From assembly GCA_964291395.2 (NCBI GenBank), contig OZ219856.1, forward strand, positions 2,080,001-2,144,000: 64,000 bases of DNA. The letters are read 5' to 3'. Both the position numbers and the translations under genes were made by a program. The notes under the pieces are model-generated. The model made no database searches and had not been told where the DNA came from. It saw nothing but the letters and a program-made list of their open reading frames with translations. This document shows, piece by piece, positions 31,961-41,077 of the stretch. The stretch comes from Alphaproteobacteria bacterium. GTDB lineage: Bacteria > Pseudomonadota > Alphaproteobacteria > UBA2966. Numbering within the stretch: position 1 is the first letter of the stretch; each line of letters opens with the position of its first letter.

Positions 31961-33361
31961 TCATTTCGCCCTTTTCCGCAACTGACCCCTTTGAGCGCAC
32001 CCCGCATACGGGTCCGCTTCGATCTCCTTCAGGCGCGTGACGATGTGGGCTTCGCGCGCCTCGGAATCGGGAACGGCGTCACCCGACTTGATCGCGTCCA
32101 TGACGCGCCGGCCGACATCGCGCTGAACATCTTCATCATGCAAATCATCGCGCAACGGCACGCGCAGGACCGTGTCGTGCGAGTACGTGTACATGACCTC
32201 TTGGCCACCAGCATCGCCCGTGGGGATGACGGGCTGCGTCTCGCCGCGGATCACCCGGCGGAGAATGCGGCGCAGCATGGCGACGCCGACGTCGGTCGAG
32301 CCCTTGTGCTCGAGGTCGTGGACGGCGATCGGCCGCTGGCTCACCTGCGCGTCCCAGTCACCGGGGTTGCGCTGGCGCTCCTCGTAAGGCCGGTTCCCGT
32401 CCTGGCCGACGAAGTCGACGGAATCGCGGCCGCACAGATCCTCCCGGCCCTGGCGCAGGGGATCGACGACGTCGTTGAAATGACGCAGCCCGAAAATCCA
32501 ACTGTGGGTGTCGTCGACGGGCACGACCCAGCGGGTCAGGGACACGCGCCCGAAGTATTTCGACCCGTCGACCTCCTCGAACAGGCCGCCGGTCTGGCCG
32601 ATGTTGGGCAAAGTATATTGGGCGGCGCGGATCCACAGGAACCCGCCCACGCGGCGAACCGTCAGGTAGTGCATGCCGTCGCCGGTCTCGAAGAACTCGT
32701 AGACCGGCATCTCGGCCCAGGGCTGCGTGAACTGGACCTCGCCCACGCGGCTGTGGAGGAAGACGGCGTGGATGGGGTCCATGCCGTTCTCGCGGATCTG
32801 GAGCCAGTTGCAGGGTTGCCAGATCGAATAGGGGACGAGGCGGTTGTCCTTCGGCGTGAGGTAGGTGTCGAAGACGGGGACGTCCGGCTTGTCGTCGGGC
32901 GGCCCCAGGTAGGCGAAGATCAGGCCGTGGCATTCCTCGGCCGGATAGGCGCCGTGTACGAGGCTGTCCTTCAGCTTGGAGTCAGGCGGCTCGCCGGGCG
33001 TCTCCAGAATGCGGCCGTCGACGTCGAAGAGCCAGCCGTGATAGCAGCAGCGGATCCCTTTCTCCGAAGGAATCCCGTATTCGAGCGACGTGCCGCGGTG
33101 GCTGCAATGCCGGTGGAGCACGCCGACCCGGTTCGACCCGTCGCGGAAGACGACGAGATCCTCGCCGAGAATGCGGACGGCGAGCGGCAGGTCCGTGACA
33201 TCCGAGGACAGCGCCACCGGGTGCCAGTACCTGCGCATCAATTCTCCGCACGGGGTCCCGGGTCCCACGTGGGTCAGTTCGGCGTCCTCGGCGGGAACGT
33301 CCCGCAGAAAATAACCGGAATACGGTCCCTCGATCGATCGCAGTTGTTCCTTCAAAGCCAT
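31961..33361 (-). CDS. Rieske oxygenase, phthalate-dioxygenase-like family (copy 1)
   Basis: VGPGTPCGELMRRYWHP, CSH...CCYH Rieske motif, ENGMDPIHAVFLH mononuclear Fe site. Confidence 0.92.
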   Translation of the reverse strand: MALKEQLRSIEGPYSGYFLRDVPAEDAELTHVGPGTPCGELMRRYWHPVALSSDVTDLPLAVRILGEDLVVFRDGSNRVGVLHRHCSHRGTSLEYGIPSEKGIRCCYHGWLFDVDGRILETPGEPPDSKLKDSLVHGAYPAEECHGLIFAYLGPPDDKPDVPVFDTYLTPKDNRLVPYSIWQPCNWLQIRENGMDPIHAVFLHSRVGEVQFTQPWAEMPVYEFFETGDGMHYLTVRRVGGFLWIRAAQYTLPNIGQTGGLFEEVDGSKYFGRVSLTRWVVPVDDTHSWIFGLRHFNDVVDPLRQGREDLCGRDSVDFVGQDGNRPYEERQRNPGDWDAQVSQRPIAVHDLEHKGSTDVGVAMLRRILRRVIRGETQPVIPTGDAGGQEVMYTYSHDTVLRVPLRDDLHDEDVQRDVGRRVMDAIKSGDAVPDSEAREAHIVTRLKEIEADPYAGCAQRGQLRKRAK

Positions 33362-33435
33362 CCGCGACTCCCTTCCGGCAGGAACGTCAGGGGTCTCGTC
33401 GCCACGCAAGGCGTCCATCGTCCAGGGGCGGGCAT

Positions 33436-34644
33436 TCACGATTCCAGATAGTCGAGAAGGTGATTGTGGAAGTAGTGGACGTTCTGTTCCCAGATCGGCG
33501 AGAAAACGATCTGGTCCGAAGCCGGCGACCGCCGGGCGGTCTGCTGCAGCTCAAAGATATGGAAATCCTGGTTGCGCAGCCCGTCGCGCCCACCGCGCTT
33601 GCGCTTTTTGCCGAGCCAGCGGTCGAAGTTCAGTTTGCGGCCGGCCTCGTACTTGGGATCGGTCGCGGCGTCGCCGACGAAGAAGAAGGCCATGCGGGCG
33701 ATCGTGCGGTCCGGCGCAAGCGGCTCGGTGATGATCGAGCCGATATTGTCCCGTACCACGGTGATCTCGACATTCGGAAAGACGAGATTGGGCGCTGTGA
33801 CCCGTTCTTCGCCCTCGGGGAACGGGATCATCGGTAAGTCCGACTCCCGGTTAGGGTAGGGCGGTGCGTTCTGCGAGTCGCGTTTGATGGTCACCACGGA
33901 TCCGGCTTGCAGAGGAGTCGACCACGGCTTGCCGGTTTTCAGGTCGAGGTCGTCTGACACTTTCGTGAAGACGCCCTTGTGGGCCCACATGTGGTGGTAG
34001 TTCTCCCAGTTGTCATTCATCAGCTTCCAGTTGGCGTTGAACTCCCAATCCACCCGTTCCGCCACGCGCGTCGCGCCGAGATCGGCGTGGTTCATGAACT
34101 CCACCAGCGGCTGCATGTGTTCCTCGATCGGCGGCGCGTTGCCGTCGAGATTGACGAAGATCCAGTGGTGCCAGGCAGCGCAGCGCACTTGAACCAGTCC
34201 GAGAGACCCACGATCCAGCAATCCCGTCGCCAGGCCGCTTTTGCTGCCGTCGAAATAAGGTGCCGCCCGCAGCTTGCCGTCGAGGTCCCAGGCCCAGGCG
34301 TGATAGGGGCATTGCAACTGCCTTGCCCCCTTGCACGGCTCGGTCAGCACCATGGCCGCCCGATGTCGGCAGACGTTGTGAAAGGCCTTCACCTCCCCCT
34401 TTTCGGTGCGGGCCAGAATGATCGGCAGGCCGGCGACGGTCATCGGCATGGCATCGCCCGGCTCCGGAATGTCGCAGGTATAGGCGACGCCCATCCAGGT
34501 GCGCGCGAAATACTTCTTCTGCTCGAGGCGGAAGAAGTCCCCGCTGGTGTACGCGGCGGACGGCAGGCCGCGCGCCTCGTCGATCGGCCGGCGTACCGCA
34601 GAGATCGACTCGGCGCCCAGAATTTCCCCGGCGGCAGAGACCAT
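33436..34644 (-). CDS. Rieske ring-hydroxylating oxygenase alpha subunit, choline-monooxygenase-like (copy 1)
   Basis: GLPSAAY, NVCRHR...CPYHAW, NWKL..DNWENYHHMWAH. Confidence 0.9.
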   Translation of the reverse strand: MVSAAGEILGAESISAVRRPIDEARGLPSAAYTSGDFFRLEQKKYFARTWMGVAYTCDIPEPGDAMPMTVAGLPIILARTEKGEVKAFHNVCRHRAAMVLTEPCKGARQLQCPYHAWAWDLDGKLRAAPYFDGSKSGLATGLLDRGSLGLVQVRCAAWHHWIFVNLDGNAPPIEEHMQPLVEFMNHADLGATRVAERVDWEFNANWKLMNDNWENYHHMWAHKGVFTKVSDDLDLKTGKPWSTPLQAGSVVTIKRDSQNAPPYPNRESDLPMIPFPEGEERVTAPNLVFPNVEITVVRDNIGSIITEPLAPDRTIARMAFFFVGDAATDPKYEAGRKLNFDRWLGKKRKRGGRDGLRNQDFHIFELQQTARRSPASDQIVFSPIWEQNVHYFHNHLLDYLES

Positions 34645-34686
34645 GGGTGCCTCTCTTCAACGTTGCGCCGCCCACGTTTCGGGCCG

Positions 34687-34707
34687 TGTACAATCTCCCA
34701 TTGTACA
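34687..34707. promoter_or_regulatory. Operator-like inverted repeat TGTACAAT-N5-ATTGTACA
   Basis: Perfect 8-bp arms about 43 bp upstream of the Rieske operon start. Confidence 0.6.
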
Positions 34708-34876
34708 GAACATAGTCCTTCTTGGCTCGGACTAACCTGCTCCCGTGTTTTGCCAATCCAGGACGCGTTGCCAGGCATCGAAGCGAATGCAAGCTGATTC
34801 TCCTCATTGAGCGAAGCGAATCGGCTTGCCCAATGACAAGAAAGGCGCTATTTCCCCTCATCCAATGAGGAGAAAC

Positions 34877-35980
34877 ATGTATATCTGGGAGCAACCGGGC
34901 TGGCCTCGGTTCACGTGGGACGCTGGGGAGCTGCTCGAGCCGCTCTCGGCCGCGCGCCTGAAGCAAGGCCGGCTTCTCGGAGGCATGGCAAGCCTCGGCT
35001 TCGACTTGAAGCTCGAAGCGCAGCTCGAAGCGCTGACGGAAGACGTCATCAAGAGCTCGGAGATCGAAGGCGAGATCCTTGACCGCGACAGCGTGCGATC
35101 GTCGCTCGCGCGCCGCCTTGGCCTGCCCGAGGCCGCAATCGCGGCGGCCGACCGGCAGACGGAAGGCGTCGTCGAAATGACGCTCGACGCTACGGAGAAC
35201 CATGGGGCATTGCTGACGCCCGAACGGTTGCACGGCTGGCAGGCGGCGCTGTTCCCGACGGGCTATTCGGGAATGCACAAGGTCAAGACCGGTGGATGGC
35301 GGGACGACGCGGAAGGGCCGATGCAGGTAGTCTCGGGGTCGATCGGCCGTCAGCGGGTACACTATCGGGCGCCGCCGGCGCAGCAACTCGACGGCGAGAT
35401 GCAGGCGTTCCTGGATTGGTTCAATCGTCGGGACGAACCCGAAGGCCTGCTGCGTGCCGGCCTGGCACATCTCTGGTTCGTGACCATCCATCCGTTCGAG
35501 GACGGTAACGGTCGCGTCGCGCGCGCGGTCGCCGATCAGGCGTTGGCCCAGTCGGAGGACTCAGGACAGCGCTTCTACAGCATGTCGAGTCAGATCCGGA
35601 AGGAACGACCCGACTATTACGACGCGCTCGAACGCTCGCAAAAGGGCGCGCTCGATGTCACCGACTGGCTGGCCTGGTTCCTTCACTGCTTCTCGCGTGC
35701 GATCGACGGCGCCGAGGCGACTTGCGCGGACGTTTTGCGCAAGGCCGACTTCTGGCAACGGCACGCCCGTGAGCCTTTTGCCAAACGACAGAAGACAGTG
35801 CTCAACAGGTTTCTCGATGGATTCGAAGGCCAGCTGACGGCAAAGAAATGGGCTGCGATCGGCAAGTGTTCAATTCCTACGGCGCAGCGTGACATCAATG
35901 AGCTGGTCGAGCGCGGCATCCTTCGCCGCAATCCGGGTGGTAGCAAGAACACGAGCTATAGCCTGGCGTTGGCGGCATGA
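34877..35980 (+). CDS. Fic family protein (DUF4172 N-terminus)
   Basis: MYIWEQPGWP start, SSEIEG inhibitory-like motif, HPFEDGNGRVAR Fic motif, C-terminal wHTH. Confidence 0.94.
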   Translation: MYIWEQPGWPRFTWDAGELLEPLSAARLKQGRLLGGMASLGFDLKLEAQLEALTEDVIKSSEIEGEILDRDSVRSSLARRLGLPEAAIAAADRQTEGVVEMTLDATENHGALLTPERLHGWQAALFPTGYSGMHKVKTGGWRDDAEGPMQVVSGSIGRQRVHYRAPPAQQLDGEMQAFLDWFNRRDEPEGLLRAGLAHLWFVTIHPFEDGNGRVARAVADQALAQSEDSGQRFYSMSSQIRKERPDYYDALERSQKGALDVTDWLAWFLHCFSRAIDGAEATCADVLRKADFWQRHAREPFAKRQKTVLNRFLDGFEGQLTAKKWAAIGKCSIPTAQRDINELVERGILRRNPGGSKNTSYSLALAA

Positions 35981-36243
35981 ATTTCAACCGGAATACGCCT
36001 TAGACCCGCCGCCAGGCTGTCCGAAAAGGCGAGGCCACCCCAGGGTTCGTCCGCAAAGAACGATCCACTATCGCGGGGGACAGGGGCGACCGCCAGACGG
36101 AGCAACCGGACCAACCTGCTCGGCAGGCGTCGAATGACTGGCAAAGCGAGCATCGGTCATGACAGAGTGGGTATCGGAGGATCGCCCGAGCTGCCCGGAC
36201 GCATGGGGTGGGCCGGCTCCACGGACAACCTCCGGAGAGGGTC

Positions 36244-37098
36244 ATGAAAGCCAACTGGGTCGTAGTGCTGGCGCCGCCATTCGTGGTGTGCATGACGCTG
36301 CTCTTCGGCACACAGTTCGTATTTCTGCAGTTGGGGTTCTTTCGCGATCTCGGCATCGGCCAAGTCGGCACCGAGTTCGAGCTCTTCAACTACATGCGCG
36401 CGTTCACCGAGCCATTCTTCCTCAATGCGCTCAGGCTGAACTTCACCCTGGCGGTCGTCGTCGTTGCGATCACCCTGATCGTGGCCTATCCCATCGCCTA
36501 CATCGTCGCGCGCATGACTCCGAAATGGTCCATCGTGTTTCTGACCGCGATGGTGGTGTCCTCGTTCGTCTCGATCGTCATCAAAGTGTTGGGTATCATC
36601 ATCATCTTCGGCGCCGATGGGCCGGTGAACCGGTTCCTGCTGTGGACCGGAATCATCGACGAGCACATCCTCGTCATCGGCACTAAATCGGGTGTGGTCA
36701 TGGGTCTCACCCACCTCGGCATCGCCTTCATGGTGATGATGCTGTTCAGTGTCATTCAATCCATTCCCCGGTCATTGGAAGAGGCGGCGGAAATTCACGG
36801 CGCGAGCCGCTGGCGCGTCTTCTGGCGTGTCGTCATTCCGCTCAGCATGCCGGGCGTGGTGAGCGCATCGCTGCTGCTCTTCAACATCGCCATGGGTGCG
36901 TTCGTGTCCGCTGTCCTGCTCGGCGGCGGCAAGGTGATGACCCTGCCGGTCGTGATTCAGCGAACGATCCTGCTCTACACCGAATACGGCATGGCTGCCG
37001 CGCTCTCGGGCATGCTGATGATCTTCGTGTTTGCCGTCAACATCGTGTCCGTCGTCGCGGTGACACGCATGCGGGCAGCGAGGCTGGCGGTCACATGA
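36244..37098 (+). CDS. ABC transporter permease (PotB-like)
   Basis: Six TM segments, EEAAEIHGA EAA loop. Confidence 0.93.
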   Translation: MKANWVVVLAPPFVVCMTLLFGTQFVFLQLGFFRDLGIGQVGTEFELFNYMRAFTEPFFLNALRLNFTLAVVVVAITLIVAYPIAYIVARMTPKWSIVFLTAMVVSSFVSIVIKVLGIIIIFGADGPVNRFLLWTGIIDEHILVIGTKSGVVMGLTHLGIAFMVMMLFSVIQSIPRSLEEAAEIHGASRWRVFWRVVIPLSMPGVVSASLLLFNIAMGAFVSAVLLGGGKVMTLPVVIQRTILLYTEYGMAAALSGMLMIFVFAVNIVSVVAVTRMRAARLAVT

Positions 37099-38018
37099 CG
37101 GGGCGGCAACACATCGGTGACGGCCTGCCTTCGGGTATCCATGCCTCATTGCCGGCCCGGTTGCGGCGCACGCGCCTCGACAGGCTGCTTCGGCGCCTTG
37201 GCGCCATCATCTGGATGACCCTCGGTTACATCTTCATATTCTCGCCGATCATCGTAGTGGCCGGATCATCCTTCGACGGATCGGGTCTGGAGTTCCGTGG
37301 GAACGCCGCTTTCCTCAACTTCCCGCCAGAAAACTTCACGTTCGAGTGGTACACGCGCATCTCAAGCTCGCTCTACCAGGCGCTGTGGATCAGCTTCAGC
37401 ATGGCGTCGATCTCCGCAGCCTGCGGCATCGTTCTCGGCGTGCCGGCGGCGTTGGCCCTCATCCGCGGGAACTTTCCGGGTCGAATCATTCTCGGCACGT
37501 TGTTCCGGGCGCCGCTACAAATTCCGTTCATCGTCATCGGCCTTGCATTCCTGCAGGCCTACTACGAGGTGGGGGCGCTGATCGGACTTCAGCTCCGGGC
37601 GACCTTTGCGGGGCTCGTCATCGGGCACGTCTTCGTCGCCACCCCCTATGTCGTCGGCTCCGTCGGCGCGGTTCTTCAACGCTTCAATATCTCGTTGGAG
37701 GAAGCGGCCTTAAGTCTCGGCGCCAGTCGCTGGCGGACATTCACGCGAGTGACATTGCCGATCATCATGCCCGGGGTACTCGCCGGCGGCATCTACGCGT
37801 TTCTGGTGTCGTTCGGGGACGTGACGATCTCGCTCTTTCTCACGGGCCCCAACATCAACCCGCTGCCCGTCGAGATCTTCTTCGCGCTCGACCGCGAGTT
37901 CGACCCGACCATTCCGGCAATGGCGACGATCGTCATCGTCGGCTCCGGCCTGTTGCTGTACCTCATTCAGCGCCTGGTCGGCATCGATATCCTGCTGCGG
38001 GGCGGCGGCAGCGGGTGA
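37095..38018 (+). CDS. ABC transporter permease (PotC-like)
   Basis: EEAALSLGA EAA loop; ATGA overlap. Confidence 0.93.
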   Translation: MTGRQHIGDGLPSGIHASLPARLRRTRLDRLLRRLGAIIWMTLGYIFIFSPIIVVAGSSFDGSGLEFRGNAAFLNFPPENFTFEWYTRISSSLYQALWISFSMASISAACGIVLGVPAALALIRGNFPGRIILGTLFRAPLQIPFIVIGLAFLQAYYEVGALIGLQLRATFAGLVIGHVFVATPYVVGSVGAVLQRFNISLEEAALSLGASRWRTFTRVTLPIIMPGVLAGGIYAFLVSFGDVTISLFLTGPNINPLPVEIFFALDREFDPTIPAMATIVIVGSGLLLYLIQRLVGIDILLRGGGSG

Positions 38019-38245
38019 TCTGCGGCACGCTTGTGCGGCATAGCCATCTACCGCACTGTAATCATTGACATTAATTTTCCCGGTACAAATTCCGTAATCG
38101 ATTAGTCACCGGAGTCGATCATATTCCAGGCGTTGCATTCGGCGCCTGCTGCATCAGTTCGGCCGCGCCGGGGATGCACGCCGGTCCGAATGCCGCCTCC
38201 GCGTGACGGTCGGGGTCGGGGCTCTATCGGCTGAATTGGCCTTGC

Positions 38246-38285
38246 TGTTACACTTGTTTCTGTTATTTTCGTTGTTACACTTGTT
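38246..38285. promoter_or_regulatory. Direct-repeat operator with 9-bp periodicity (TGTT/TATT x5)
   Basis: TGTTACACTTGTT at 38246 and 38273; TGTT/TATT at 38246, 38255, 38264, 38273, 38282. Confidence 0.6.
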
Positions 38286-38343
38286 GGCAGGCCCGCGCGC
38301 CGCTATCGAGGCCCTTGGACATTGCAACGAGAGGGGGATCGGG

Positions 38344-38799
38344 ATGAGCAACGCTACCGACGCGATGGACCTGGGACACCGTCTTCCGACGCAGGACGAG
38401 ATTGCGTGCGCAGCACAAGCGGTAACGGCGCTTGCCGACGCGCGGGGCGGGAACGGCGTCCTCGCCATTCACCGCGAAGACGGCGAGCCCGTGCGCCTGG
38501 CGCCCGCGATCGCCGACCTGGTGCTCGATCTTCTGGGCGGCGTTGCGACGGGCCACGCGGTCACGCTGGTTCCGGCCGGCGCGATGCTGACCACGCAGCA
38601 GGCGGCCGACATCCTGTGCGTCTCTCGGCCGCACCTCAGCAAGCTCCTCAAGTCGGGCAAGATCCCCTTCGTTTCGGTCGGTGCGCACCGGCGCGTCATG
38701 CATGCCGATCTGATGGCCTACATCGACCGTCGCGACGCCGCGCGCCGTGCGGCGCTCGACGATCTCGCCCGGCTCGGTCAGGAGTTCGATGCGTCTTGA
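38344..38799 (+). CDS. Excisionase-family HTH DNA-binding protein (probable antitoxin)
   Basis: LTTQQAADILCVSRPHLSKLL...GAHRRV HTH_17 motif; TTGA overlap with PIN gene. Confidence 0.9.
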   Translation: MSNATDAMDLGHRLPTQDEIACAAQAVTALADARGGNGVLAIHREDGEPVRLAPAIADLVLDLLGGVATGHAVTLVPAGAMLTTQQAADILCVSRPHLSKLLKSGKIPFVSVGAHRRVMHADLMAYIDRRDAARRAALDDLARLGQEFDAS

Positions 38800-39374
38800 T
38801 ACAGCTTGCCGACCGTCGTGTCGCCCTGCTGGATGCGAACGTCCTGTTTCCCTTCCGCAAGCGAGACATTCTCTTGCGCTTCTACCACGCCGGATTGTTC
38901 CGAGCGCAATGGACCGAACGGATTCTCGACGAGTGGACGGTGAATCTCCTCGAACGAAAGCCCCATCTCGAACCAAGCGTCAGCTCCCAGAGACATGCCA
39001 TGCACGAGCATTTCGCGGAGGCGCTGGTCACCGGATACGAGCCGTTGATCGAGACGCTCGAACTTCCGGATGCCGACGACCGCCATGTCCTGGCAGCGGC
39101 GATCCGCTGCGGCGCGCAGCATATCGTCACCGACAACCTGGCCGACTTTCCGGCCGAGGTTCTCGCGCGGTTCGATATCGAGGCGGTCGACGCCGACGGG
39201 TTTCTGTCGCGGACGTTCGATCTCTACCCCTCCGAGGCGCTTGGCGTGCTGCGCACCCTTCGCAAGACGTACAGCAACCCGCCCTTCACGCCGTCGGAGT
39301 TCGTCCGCGACCTGACGGCGAGGGGGCTTCCCCGGCTCGCTGCCCAGACAGAGGAGCGCCAGGCGGAGCTTTAG
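38796..39374 (+). CDS. PIN-domain protein (VapC-like toxin)
   Basis: LLDANVL, LPDADDRHVLAAA, VTDNLADF. Confidence 0.9.
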   Translation: MIQLADRRVALLDANVLFPFRKRDILLRFYHAGLFRAQWTERILDEWTVNLLERKPHLEPSVSSQRHAMHEHFAEALVTGYEPLIETLELPDADDRHVLAAAIRCGAQHIVTDNLADFPAEVLARFDIEAVDADGFLSRTFDLYPSEALGVLRTLRKTYSNPPFTPSEFVRDLTARGLPRLAAQTEERQAEL

Positions 39375-39610
39375 GAGAATGTGTAGTGCTGCCACGAGAG
39401 CGAGGCATGCGGGGAATGCCGGGCCGGGTCCGGCCTATCGGCGAATCTGCGGCGGTTAACACCTCGGCAGCACTCCCGCGCCAAACGCAACCAACAGGCG
39501 CATGATGCGAACCCTCACCTGCATTGCGCGCCCGCGTCGTGCCCGGGCAGACGATCGGGCCTGCGACTTAGCCGTCCGGTTCCACGATATTCATGCCCTT
39601 CTTGGCATCC

Positions 39611-40819
39611 CTACGCCGTCAGGTAGTCGAGCAGCTGGTTCTGAAAATAATGAACGTTCTCCTCCCAGACTGGGGAGAACACGACCTCGTCGGCCGCGGG
39701 CGAGCGCCGGGCGATCTGCTGCGACTCCCAGATTCGCATGTCCTGATTGCGCAAGCCATCGCGCGCGTCCGGAGACCGTGACTCACCCAGCCAGCGGTCG
39801 AAGTTCAGCTTGCGGCCATCCGCGTACTCGGGATCGGTTGCGGCATCGCCGACGAAGAAGAAAGCCATACGCGCGACCGACCGGTCCGGCGCCAGCGGTT
39901 CGATGATCACCGATCCGATGTTGTCGCGCACCACGGTGATCTCGACATTGGGCAACACCAAGTTGGGAGCGGTCACGCGCTCGGCGCCGTCCGGGAACGG
40001 GATCATCGGCAGGTTCGACTCGCGCTTCGGGTAGGGCGGTGCCTTTTTCGAATCCCGCTTGAGGCTCATCACGGCGCCCTGCTGCGTCGACACGGACCAG
40101 GGCTTGCGGGTTTTCATATCGAGGTCGTCGGTCACCTTCGTGTAGATCGGGTAGTGGGCCCACATGTGGTGGTAGTTTTCCCAATTGTCGTTCGACATCT
40201 TCCAGTTGGCCTGGAACTCCCAGTCGACCCGTTCCGCGATCTGCGTGGCGCCCAGATCCGCGCCGTTCATCAGATCGGTCAGGGGCTGCATGTGCTCCTC
40301 GATCGGCGGGGCGTTGCCGTCAAGATTGACGAAGATCCAGTGGTGCCACACGGCGCAGTCAACTGAGACCAGACCCAGAGACTCGCGGTCCAGGATTCCG
40401 TCCTCCAGGCCGCTTTTGCTGCCGTCGAAATAGGGTGCCGCCCGAAGCTTTCCGTCGAGGTCCCATGCCCATGCGTGGTAAGGGCACTGCAACTGCTTTG
40501 CTTTCGTGCAGGGCTCCGTCAGCACCATTGCCGCGCGATGGCGGCAGACGTTGTGGAAGGCCTTGACGTCTCCCGAGCCGGTGCGCACCAGGATGATGGG
40601 CAAACCGGCCACGGTAATGGGCATGGCATCGCCCGGGTTCGGAATATCACAGGTGTACGCGACACCCATCCAGGTGCGGGCGAAATACTTTCGCTGTTCG
40701 AGCCGGAAGAAGTCCTCGCTGGTGTAGGCGCCGGCAGGAAGCCCGCGGGCCTTTTCGATCGGTCGGCGCACGGCGGCAATCGCCTCGGCGCCCAGAATGT
40801 CTTCGGCGGTTCGCGTCAT
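39611..40819 (-). CDS. Rieske oxygenase alpha subunit, choline-monooxygenase-like (copy 2)
   Basis: Same length (1209 nt) and long identical stretches with 33436..34644. Confidence 0.9.
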   Translation of the reverse strand: MTRTAEDILGAEAIAAVRRPIEKARGLPAGAYTSEDFFRLEQRKYFARTWMGVAYTCDIPNPGDAMPITVAGLPIILVRTGSGDVKAFHNVCRHRAAMVLTEPCTKAKQLQCPYHAWAWDLDGKLRAAPYFDGSKSGLEDGILDRESLGLVSVDCAVWHHWIFVNLDGNAPPIEEHMQPLTDLMNGADLGATQIAERVDWEFQANWKMSNDNWENYHHMWAHYPIYTKVTDDLDMKTRKPWSVSTQQGAVMSLKRDSKKAPPYPKRESNLPMIPFPDGAERVTAPNLVLPNVEITVVRDNIGSVIIEPLAPDRSVARMAFFFVGDAATDPEYADGRKLNFDRWLGESRSPDARDGLRNQDMRIWESQQIARRSPAADEVVFSPVWEENVHYFQNQLLDYLTA

Positions 40820-41077
40820 AGGGCGTACCTCCCGTGGAGCGATGCCCGAGAGTCGGTGACGATCGAGGATACGCCGATCGGCAGGGCGTGGGTAGTCGGC
40901 GCACGCATTGCCCACGCGTTCGGCTTTCGGGATGCTCCGAAGACCATCCGATTTCCCACGCGTTCCTTGCGCAAGCGCCGGAATGCTCCGATAATTTGGA
41001 GACCCACCGATGTTTGCCGCAAGAACATACCGCACTCATAACGACGGCGCTGGCGGTGGCCACATGGGAGGAAATCC

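Noticed and set aside
38058-38106. AT-rich patch with TAATCGATTA palindrome after the permease
   Set aside because: May be a relic promoter or LacI-type site, but no target gene or regulator supports it
38344-38799. Prophage excisionase
   Set aside because: No integrase or phage genes; coupling to a PIN gene indicates a TA antitoxin
40911-40991. Short paired repeats CCCACGCGTTC and ATGCTCCGA in the Rieske/SBP divergent gap
   Set aside because: Unequal spacing and short length; cannot be separated from chance
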